Origin: Eledone cirrhosa
Taxonomy: Eukaryota
Direction: 5' to 3'
Assembly: GCA_964016885.1 (NCBI GenBank)
Contig: OZ024740.1
Location: 182,404,001-182,468,000 of the forward strand
DNA length: 64,000 nucleotides
The translations under genes and the position numbers were made by a program. The notes under the pieces were generated by a model, which made no database searches, was not told the DNA's origin, and was given only the letters and a program-made list of their open reading frames with translations. Positions 37,525 through 46,666 of this stretch are shown piece by piece; position 1 is the first letter of the stretch; the number at the start of each line of letters is the position of its first letter.

Positions 37525-37891
37525 CTTGGGAGTGTATTTTGAATCATATACAAAATCTTCATGTAAATAAACATTTTTATATCTTTGCTATGAATTTTAG
37601 AAGTGGTGAATTCCACCACTGGTCATTAGCAACTAAGAGTGAGCATCCAAACAGTTGTTTGCAATTCTTTAACTTTGCTTGGATGTTAAAACGAAAATGA
37701 GTTTATAGTATTTATACTTATGAAACTTGTCGGATGAAGCTCATTAGCATACAGAGCAAAAGCTGGTAGGGTCTAATTAATGAGATGTAGTGATGCTCTG
37801 ATATAGCATGATTGATATGTGATTGGGGTTTTATATTGCATCATATACAAAATATTCAAGTAAATACACACACACACACATATATATATAT

Positions 37892-38322
37892 ATGGCTTAG
37901 TGGTTAGAACATTGGGCTTGCAATCGAAGGTTGTGAGTTCAATACTCGAACCGGGTGATGTGTTGTTTCCTAAAGCAAGACACTTTATTTCACATTGCTC
38001 CTGTTTACTCAGCTGTAGAAATGAGATGATAGCACTGGGGTCCCTATCATTCTATTGCAAAGTGGTTGTGGTCGCGCCTCAGCAAAAAAGCACCCAGCCC
38101 ACACTTTAAAGTGGACGTATAGGCGCCACGGAAAAAAAGCACCCAGCACTCACTGTAAATGAGGTTGGTGTTAGGAAGGGCATCCAGCTGTAGAAATGAA
38201 GCCAGAATCAGTTTCTGTATGAGCAAGACAAGGTCAGCCGACCGGAAACTGCCCACAACAGGACAACCTGTCTAACCCATGCTAGCGTGGAAGAATGGAC
38301 GTAAAACAGTGATGATGATGAT
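37892..38322 (+). mobile_element. tRNA-derived CORE-like SINE whose 3' ~270 bp match the RTE-A 3' end
   Basis: Same head as the 13734 and 44764 copies; 38055-38322 aligns to the reverse complement of 735-1003. Confidence 0.9.
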
Positions 38323-38399
38323 ATATGTATATATATCTAAATAAACATATATATATGCGTGTGTGTGTGTGTGTGTATATATATATACATATATATTAT

Positions 38400-38690
38400 C
38401 ATTATCATTTTACATCTGTTTATTTATGCATGCATGGCATCTTTCCACTTGTTGTGATCCTTTGTCATCCCCTCTGTGAGCTTTAGTGATTCGAGATCAG
38501 TTCTCACAAACTCTGCCTAGGTCTTTCTTCGTCTACATCTACTGCTGTTTCCTTTCACTGGCATTTCCTGGCACTTCTACACCCAACAACCATTGTCCAG
38601 GCGCATCACAATTCCAGGCCAATGAAGTCTCCTTTCCTGCACAGCATTTGGGTTCCTCATAAACCCAGCTTCTCCCTCAATTTAACATGT
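38400..38690 (-). mobile_element. Degenerate RTE (B-like) 3' fragment
   Basis: gcatctttccacttgttgtgatcc..gatcagttctcac..ctggcatttcctggcacttc..gcgcatcaca parallels 18612-18850. Confidence 0.7.
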
Positions 38691-38943
38691 TTTCCCTGCT
38701 AACGAGGGTTGAAGAGGACATCACAGATCAAATCAGTACTCAATAGGACCCACTAATATACTTTCCAGAGGAACCATTCATTTTATTGAGGCACCAGCAC
38801 TAGGGAGGTCATCATGTCTTTGGCACAACTGAATGGTCCTCTCAACCATTTCCGACATTATTTCTATGGTAGCTAGGTGCTCCTCCTAACAACAACCAGT
38901 TTCCAAAGTGTACACACACACACATACACACACACACACACAC

Positions 38944-38999
<56 letters not shown>

Positions 39000-39194
39000 G
39001 GAGAGATTTAGTTCTACAACAAATTAGCAAACCATACGAGTGTTTTACCTAGCAGATTTTCAACCCATGTATGGCTACCCACTAAATGCTTCTCCGTGTA
39101 TGGTTTGCTAATCTGTTATGGAACTATTTCTATTCTGAGCTTGTCCTCTGAGTGCTCTACTTACTATGAACATAACTTCCTGACTTTTTAACGC

Positions 39195-39238
<44 letters not shown>

Positions 39239-39357
39239 TAAACGGAATAGAAAATGCTGACAAATTGTTCACAGTTGAAAAATGGTTTAATTAGGAATAA
39301 AAGAGTATTAGTGATTGTATGGGTTAGTATTCAGTTGTGGTTTTAAGTTTTTAAGTT

Positions 39358-39394
39358 TTTTACCGGTTGCGCATTTCTAAATGCTTTTCAAAAA
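39358..39394 (-). ncRNA. Variant hammerhead-like motif in PLE-1 terminus (antisense twin of 41227-41263)
   Basis: Reverse complement of TTGAAAA-GCATTT-AG-AAATGC-GCAA-CCGG-TA. Confidence 0.45.
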
Positions 39395-39698
39395 TAATTT
39401 TGAGATAGAGTGTCCGTGCTGTTTGCTCTGATCTGATTAGTTTTGGGAATTCTACCTGTTTTTATGTTAAAAAAGTGGCTCCAATTTGCAAAAATTCTTG
39501 TGGTCAAAACAATTTTGATTGGTCGGTAGAGGTCATGTGAATGTAAAAAATTGATTTTGCGCCAAGACTGTTTTTATGTTAAAAAAGTGGCTCCAGCAAA
39601 AATTCTTGTGGTCAAAACAATTTTGATTGGTCGGTAGAGGTCATGTGAATAAAAAATTGGTTTTGCGCCAAGATTGAGAAATGACTCTTTCACAACAA

Positions 39699-39750
<52 letters not shown>

Positions 39751-40022
39751 TAGTAGTAGTAGTAAGGTGTTCGATGTTGTGATAATGGTTAGCAGCGATG
39801 TGTGTCAAATGGCTATTAAGATAAGTGTGTGTGTGTGTGTATAGCAGAGTAATTCGTGGTGGCAAGGATGGTCAGTAAGAATGTGTCTGAAAGCAATGGG
39901 GGGTATTTTAGCATGTCAAAAGATATTTTTCAGCTTTTGTCTTATACGGAGCAGTGCGTGTGTGTGTGTGTGTGTATATATAAGTCTCTTTGTATGTTGA
40001 TGTACGCGTGTGTATGTGTGTG

Positions 40023-40062
<40 letters not shown>

Positions 40063-40214
40063 GGTGGACCAGTATTTTTTTCCCCCTGGTAAAATGGTGT
40101 ACATTATTCGATTTTTTCAGTAAAATCGGTTCTCTTAATAGAACATCAAAAATCTTAACAATAAAAGGTGTGAAATGATATTCACTATATATATATACAC
40201 ATACATATATTCAC

Positions 40215-40246
<32 letters not shown>

Positions 40247-40392
40247 CATATATACACATGTATATGCACATATATTTTTTTGTGTTGCACCATAGAGCAT
40301 GTGTGTTTATGTATGTCATTGTGTTTATATGTGGGTAGAGATGTGTGCTGATGTAGGTATGTATGTTGACGTGTGTATGTTGTGGGTTCGTC

Positions 40393-41156
40393 TTAGGGAT
40401 AAGTGTTTAGATGGGGTCCGTATTTGTTAATGAAGTAAGATTCCTTGCTGATGCGCTGGGTGTGGGTGGCATCATCTTTAAATTTGTAGAGGGGAAAGAT
40501 TCTAAAGTTGGGATGATTTTGGGCGGCACAGGTATCAATGTGTTCACTCAGTGGTATTTTCCTGTATTCCCGTATTTTGATTTGGGATCTATGGACAGTC
40601 ATGCGTTGGCGGAGGCTGTTTTTGGTCCGGCCTATGTATTGTTCTCGACAACCTGAACAAGTTAATACATATATTAGATTTTCCAATGCACATGTGAAAT
40701 TGTGTTTTACTATAAAACGTTGTCCATCTTTGAAATAGAATTCCGAACCCTCTATTAGGTTGATGCAGATGCCACAGTTGGGTCTATCGCATTTTTTTAC
40801 TGTGCGTTTCGTTGTTGTGGTTGGCAGTACTTTGGCATGTGTTAAGATGTTTTTCATTGACTTGGATTGTCTTTTGCTCTTTATGATATTGTGTGTTCGT
40901 AGAATTTGGTTCATTCTATGGTCCTTTTTCAATACAGGGATGTTCTGGAGGATGGTGTCAAAAGCCTCATTGTTGAGGGGGTTGTGTGTGGAGATGTATG
41001 GAAGAGCTTTTAGTTTTGGTTGATTTACTTTAGGGTGTCTAAGGTCCTGGGTACTGAGTTTTAGGGCACGTTGGATTCCATTGTCAATTAGTGATGCAGG
41101 GTAGTCCCTGCCTATGAGTGTGTCCTTTAGTTCTTGTAGCCGTAAGTAGCAGATGT
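40393..41156 (-). CDS. PLE-1 C-terminal ORF: end of RT thumb, Cys-rich linker, GIY-YIG endonuclease (Neptune-like, tentative)
   Basis: LIGRDYPASLI, CDRPNCGIC, NLIYVLTCSGCREQYIGRT..LRQRMTVH, ESYFI. The frame is open, but the annotated start (41178) lies in the inverted repeat. Confidence 0.88.
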
Positions 41157-41226
41157 TAAAAACAGGTAGAATTCCCAAAACTAATCAGATCAGAGCAAAC
41201 AGCATGGACACTCTATCTCAAAATTA

Positions 41227-41263
41227 TTTTTGAAAAGCATTTAGAAATGCGCAACCGGTAAAA
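41227..41263 (+). ncRNA. Variant hammerhead-like motif (U3/A8 core, GCAA for GAAA)
   Basis: ttt-TTGAAAA-GCATTTagAAATGC-GCAA-CCGG-TA^aaa. It has stem II and the palindromic stem III ACCGGT, but stem I is weak. Confidence 0.45.
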
Positions 41264-41382
41264 AACTTAAAAACTTAAAACCACAACTGAATACTAACCC
41301 ATACAATCACTAATACTCTTTTATTCCTAATTAAACCATTTTTCAACTGTGAACAATTTGTCAGCATTTTCTATTCCGTTTA

Positions 41383-41420
<38 letters not shown>

Positions 41421-41421
41421 C

Positions 41422-41454
<33 letters not shown>

Positions 41455-41457
<3 letters not shown>

Positions 41458-41615
41458 ATGTTGATTTAAAACTGCACTATCCACAAGTGTTTTTTAGCCT
41501 TCATATCATGTTCTCCTGTTTTATCTGATGAAAACTCAAATATTATTGCATGATGATATTTGTTTTTGAAATGCGCATAATAAAATACATGGAACTCCTT
41601 TAACCATCTTTTGAT

Positions 41616-41620
<5 letters not shown>
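41455..41620 (+). mobile_element. Solo terminal fragment of PLE-2
   Basis: Direct, diverged match to 44525-44690; flanked by (TA)n. Confidence 0.88.
41517..41587 (+). ncRNA. Type I hammerhead ribozyme motif (PLE-2 type)
   Basis: TGTTTTAT-CTGATGA-[long stem II]-GAAA-TGCGCA-TA^ATAAAATA. Confidence 0.82.
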
Positions 41621-41659
<39 letters not shown>

Positions 41660-41671
41660 TATATATATATA

Positions 41672-41855
41672 TGTACGTCGGAAGGTAAAAAATCGGAGAA
41701 TAGACCGTTAAAACATGTTTATTCAAAATATCACCTACATACGTTTCGCCCAGTTGGGCTTCTCAAGGGCATAAATAATCACAAGTGTTCCTTATATTGT
41801 CCGGAAAGTGTTTTGGGGGTTAAATCCACATCAAGGTTCATTGCTCACAAAAATA
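41672..41855 (-). mobile_element. 3' terminus of a third PLE-like family
   Basis: Island between (TA)n runs containing a hammerhead-like motif followed on minus by AATAAA; no diagnostic ORF. Confidence 0.55.
41731..41772 (-). ncRNA. Variant hammerhead motif (U3/A8 core)
   Basis: Minus strand: atgccc-TTGAGAA-GCCC-aact-GGGC-GAAA-CGTATG-TA^ggtga. Stem II is perfect, ACGUAUGU is self-complementary with G.U pairs, and stem I is short. Confidence 0.65.
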
Positions 41856-41874
41856 TCTATATATATATATTTAT

Positions 41875-41933
<59 letters not shown>

Positions 41934-42146
41934 GCGTTAAAAAGTCAGGAAGTTATGTTCATAGTAAGTAAAGCATATATATATATATATATATATAAAT
42001 ATATTTCGTTTCTGAATTTGTTTAGCAAGATTCTTTATCTGAAAACGTGTGTTGAAACCAATATTGTTATACTTTGGGAGGGTCATGTTGCCAATAAGAA
42101 ACACACGCACCAGTAGCTTTCACTTCAATTTATTATAATAAAGTAT

Positions 42147-42185
<39 letters not shown>

Positions 42186-42306
42186 GGAGGTGAGTTTTAT
42201 TGTAGTACAATAAAGCAATGTAGATATCGGATAAGTAGCACTCTACAGTTTGTAGGACTGGAGTATAAATAATATAAGATCAAAAGATGGTTAAAAGAGT
42301 TCCATG

Positions 42307-42377
42307 TATTTTATTATGCGCATTTCAAAAACAAATATCATATTGCGATGACATTTTCGTTTTCGTCAGATAAAATA
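42307..42377 (-). ncRNA. Type I hammerhead ribozyme motif (PLE-2 type)
   Basis: Minus strand: TATTTTAT-CTGACGA-[long stem II]-GAAA-TGCGCA-TA^ATAAAATA. Confidence 0.82.
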
Positions 42378-43589
42378 GGGAGACATGATATGAAGGTTAA
42401 AAAACACTTGTGAATAGTGGTGTTTTAAATCAACATATGAAAAGTAGTTTAAGATTGATGTGTGATATTGGGAAAAATGAGGAGAGGGTGGAAAGGATGA
42501 AAAAGAGGAGGAGATGAGAGTAAAGAATGGAGGGGGAGGAGTATAATAAGGAAGGGTGAGATAGGAGGAGAGATGGGTGATAGAGAGAGAGAGATAGCTT
42601 TTATAACTAAGAAAAATATATTGTTTTACAAAGAGGGGTTAAAATCCGTTACAGAGAGGGGTTAAAATCCGTTGGAAGATAATATATAAATTAAAGGAAT
42701 TGGAAAATTAACGAAGAGAAAAAATTAAGAATAATGTTAAATTAAATATGTGCGATGAAAAGAAATTGTTAATATGTATTAAGGTTTGAATATTGAAGAG
42801 TTTAATAATATGTGCGATGGAAAGAAATTGTTGATATGTATTATTAAAATAAAAAATAGTAATGTTATTAAGGATATAATGTGAAAAGAAGTAGAAGAGT
42901 GGATGAATTATGAATTTGGAGGAATTAGTTAGTGTTTAAGTTTGTTTTTATGTAATGTAATATGTATGTGTAATATATGTAAATAGTTTGTTTACAAATG
43001 AGTGCAGAAAGCAAAGAAGGAGATAGTGTTTAAGGAGAAGACCTTAACATCAAAATATGTATGTTTATGAAGTATTTCCTAATGGTAATAATATAATGTA
43101 ATAAAGGAGATTAGTTAGGGTTTAAGTTTGTTTTTATGAGTTGTGATGTGTAATATGTAAAAGTTAGACGAGCATGAAAGGGAGAAAAAAATAATAAATT
43201 GAGGATGAATAATCTAACGTAAAAAAAATGTTTATGTTTACGAAGGATTTTTAAAGGTGATACTATAAAGTATTTAAAAGGGTAATAGTAAGTTTTATGG
43301 CCAGTGATAGGATGGAAGAAGGAAGAGTGGATATATTGTGGTGAGTAATAATGAGAATTGAGAAGTATCTAGGAAGAAAAGGTACATATTAGAGGTTAGA
43401 AATTAAAAGAAAAAAGGAAAAAAGGAAGAAAGGGAAGTGATAAATAGGAATGATATAGAATGAGTAACTAGTTATAATGTATAATAAATAACATTGAAAT
43501 AAGGTAGAAAGATGGGTATATTTTTAAAGAAATATATATATGTATATGCCTTTGAGAAAAAGGATTTTAAATTGGTAAAGTATTAGATA

Positions 43590-44237
43590 TTAGCTGTATA
43601 CTTTATGGAATGTTCTGTGGAATTTATGCAAGCAGAGAGAAAATAAGTCAGTGTGTCTATTTATTATAGAATCTAAATTAGATATAATCGTAAATTTCTC
43701 ACATAAACAGAGATTACATGTTTTGGATAGAGAGGCATTCAAGTATGAGGAAGCAGAACAAACTTTCCTCCAAGAGATGTTATAGTTAATATTTTTGTCT
43801 TTCAAGGACCATATGAGTTCTGAGAGTGCCGTGTTTGTTCTTTTAAGTTGGTATTTAAAAGTCGAATGATGATTATAAAGACGAGATTTAAAGGAGGTGG
43901 AAGTGGAGCCAAAATAGGTAAAGGAATTGGTGTCAGTTATAACTTTACATTCATAGATTAAGTTTTTTTCAAGACAATGGTTGTTGAGAGGACATGTATT
44001 TTTAACAGGGCAATTACAATTGCGATTAGAGAAATTAACAGAGTTATTAACAAGTGACCTAGTGTTCTCTATAGGAGGAATTGGATTGGAGAAGTTATTT
44101 ACGATAGGAATAATAGTTTCTTGATTTAGATTGGGATTAAGAACATTTAACGAAGTTGCGTTTGAGGTCGTATTTGGGTTTGCAGAAATTAGCCTAGGGT
44201 AAACAATGACGTCGGGAGTACTATTACTATTATACAA
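43590..44237 (-). CDS. PLE-2 C-terminal ORF: Asn/Pro-rich linker and GIY-YIG endonuclease (Nematis-like, tentative)
   Basis: CNCPVKNTCPLNNHC..NLIYEC..YFGST..FKSRLYNH..TALSELIWSLK..CNLCLCEK..CLH. Confidence 0.85.
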   Translation of the reverse strand: MYNSNSTPDVIVYPRLISANPNTTSNATSLNVLNPNLNQETIIPIVNNFSNPIPPIENTRSLVNNSVNFSNRNCNCPVKNTCPLNNHCLEKNLIYECKVITDTNSFTYFGSTSTSFKSRLYNHHSTFKYQLKRTNTALSELIWSLKDKNINYNISWRKVCSASSYLNASLSKTCNLCLCEKFTIISNLDSIINRHTDLFSLCLHKFHRTFHKVYS

Positions 44238-44585
44238 ACCTTAATTTAATATTATTCTTAATTTTTTCTTTTCGTTAATTTTCCAATCCTTTTAATTTAT
44301 ATATTATCTTCCAACGGTTTTTAACCTCTCTCTGTAAAACAATATATTTTTCTCAGTTATAAAAGCTATCTCTCTCTCTCTATCACCGATCTCTCCTCCT
44401 ATCTCATCCTTCCTTATTATACTCCTCCCCCTCTATTCTTTACTTTCATCTCCTCCTCTTTTTCATCCTTTCCAACTCCCCTCATTTTTTCCCAATATCA
44501 CACATCAATCTTAAACTACTTTTCATATGTTGATTTAAAACAGCACTATTCACAAATGTTTTTTAACCTTCATATCATGTCTCCC

Positions 44586-44656
44586 TATTTTATCTGACGA
44601 AAACGCAAATGTCATAGCATGATGATATTTGTTTTTGAAATGCGCATAATAAAATA
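44586..44656 (+). ncRNA. Type I hammerhead ribozyme motif (PLE-2 type)
   Basis: TATTTTAT (44586-44593), CTGACGA (44594-44600), stem II, GAAA (44637-44640), TGCGCA-TA^ATAAAATA (44649-44656). Confidence 0.85.
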
Positions 44657-44684
44657 CATGGAACTCTTTTAACCATCTTTTGAT

Positions 44685-44742
<58 letters not shown>

Positions 44743-44748
44743 TAAATG

Positions 44749-45098
44749 GAGGCACATATATATGGCAGCACATGGCTTAGTGGTTAGAGCATTGGGCTTG
44801 CAATCGAAAGGTTGTGAGTTCAAATCTCAGACCGAGTGATGTGTTGTTTCCTTGAGCAAGACACTTTATTTCACATTGCTCCAGTTTACTCAGCTGTAGA
44901 AATGATATGATAGGGACTGGGTTCCCTATCATTCCACTGCAAAGTGGTCATGGTGGTGCCACGGCAAAAAAGCACCCACCACTCACTGTAAATGAGGTTG
45001 GTGTTAGAAAGGGCATCCAGCTGTAGAAATCAAGCCAGAATCAGTTCCCGTCCCACCCTTGCAAGCAGGGAAAAGCGGATGTAAAATAATGATGATGA

Positions 45099-45102
<4 letters not shown>
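44749..45102 (+). mobile_element. tRNA-derived CORE-like SINE with RTE-B-type tail
   Basis: A box TGGCTTAGTGG, B box GAGTTCAAATC, CORE-like block, and tail cccgtcccacccttgcaagcagggaaaagcggatgtaaaa(atg)n. Confidence 0.9.
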
Positions 45103-45146
<44 letters not shown>

Positions 45147-45349
45147 TGAGAGAGATGGGTATAGGAACTTTCTTTTAAGAATAGGTTCAGGAAAGCTTTA
45201 CATCATGCATATGCTGAAAGGGAAGATGAATTAGATACACATGATATTGAGGATGATTGGAAGTTCCGATTGCACACTACTGAGGAGACATTTGGCTAGA
45301 ACAAAGCATCAGTCAGAAAGAGGGTGTATTGGTAGTGGAACTGTAATTC

Positions 45350-46335
45350 CAGGTGACAGGCAGGGACATACTAGGAAAATAGGAATAGCAGAAACTTGTT
45401 CCAGGTAGCTAAAAAAGAAACTAGCCAACAAGTGTATATAGCATGTAAATAAGCTGAAAGGAGGAGCGTTTCAAATGCCTTGTGACATGAAGATCAGCGA
45501 TGTGGCGTGTTCTGCATCACAAGGCAATGTGTCAGTGTGAATTAGGATGTTGTTGAGGAAAGGTGTGTTCAAAATGACACTGGTGCACTTAGCATAAGTG
45601 ATGCTCAAAAGAAATTGGCTTGGAAATCTCACTATCAGAAGCTGATGAATATATAGAATGAATGAGGAAGAATGACTATCCCCAGCTGACCCACCAACGC
45701 GTCAGCTATCCAAACTGAGAGTTATGAGGTCAAAGAACCAATCAAGGAGATGAAAAATGAAATGGTAAAGCCACTGACCCCATAGCGATAGTCAGAGAGA
45801 TGCTTTCAGCATCTGTGGAAGTGGCTGCTAAGCCAGTCAGTCACCTATCATTGTCACTCAGATAATACAGGATGTGGTTATACCGAGTGACTGGCACAAC
45901 AGTATAATTAATAATTGCTACAAGTAAAAAGGAGCTTCTACAGAGGAATAAAATTAATACACCAAGTTATGAATATGACCGAAAGAGTTCTAGTACAACT
46001 AATTAGGGTGAAATTTAAATTAGAGGAGATACAGTTCAGTTTTGTGTGAGACTGGATTGCAAGAGATGTACTATCTTTAGTGAGACAAGAAGAGAAGTTC
46101 TTAGCCAAAGATAAGCCTCTATTTCTTGGTTTTGTTGATCTAGAGAAAGCCTTTGATAGAGTACCTTGATATATTAGCAGGTGGTCCTTAAGGAAACTGG
46201 GTGTGGAAGAATGGCTTGTAAGAGCAGTGCAATCTGTGTACAGAGATTCTGTAAGTAAAGTGATAATAGGATGTGAGTTTAATGAGGAATTCAAAATGCA
46301 GGTACGAATGCATCATGGCTCAGTCTCAGTCCTTG
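45350..46335 (+). mobile_element. Old degenerate RTE (A-related) internal fragment, linker to RT
   Basis: gcttggaaatctcactat (AWKSHY), YRGIKLI, FVDLEKAFDRVP, LRKLGVEEWLVRAVQSVY..FNEEFKMQV..HHGSV, with many stops. Confidence 0.88.
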
Positions 46336-46612
46336 GATTTTCAGAGAAACACACAAGTAGAGACTTTAATTTAATATTACCAGCAGCATATCCTCTCAAG
46401 AATTATTAAAGAAACAAAGAAGTTTTGGGGAGAAAGGGTATTCAGTATATGTTGGCAAGGTTGGAAATCACACACACCCACATATACATATATATTGAGG
46501 CAAATAACTATGTGTATACGCTGGTAATGTATCTTACATTGCCCATTGAGTGCGCTGAGATACAACCGGTACTGGCATTGATAAATATGCTGGGTCCGTC
46601 AACCCTTATTAT

Positions 46613-46666
<54 letters not shown>

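Larger units (their letters stand above)
39235..41386 (-). mobile_element. Penelope-like element 1 (5'-truncated) with inverted copy of its 3' terminus
   Basis: GIY-YIG ORF on minus; 39235-39464 is inverted at 41157-41386 (one mismatch by eye); both outer ends abut (TA)n. Confidence 0.92.
42183..44690 (-). mobile_element. Penelope-like element 2 (5'-truncated) with inverted copy of its 3' terminus
   Basis: GIY-YIG ORF at 43590-44237; 42273-42745 is inverted at 44241-44690; (TA)n lies at both outer ends. Confidence 0.92.

Noticed and set aside
37645-37690. Possible pre-miRNA hairpin (gcatccaa..ttggatgt)
   Set aside because: Stem too short and irregular, with no recognisable mature sequence.
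41466-41726. Repeated peptide KIKRWLKEFHVFYYAHFKNKYHH (also 44550-44771)
   Set aside because: Antisense reading of the PLE-2 terminal repeat and ribozyme, extended by (TA)n.
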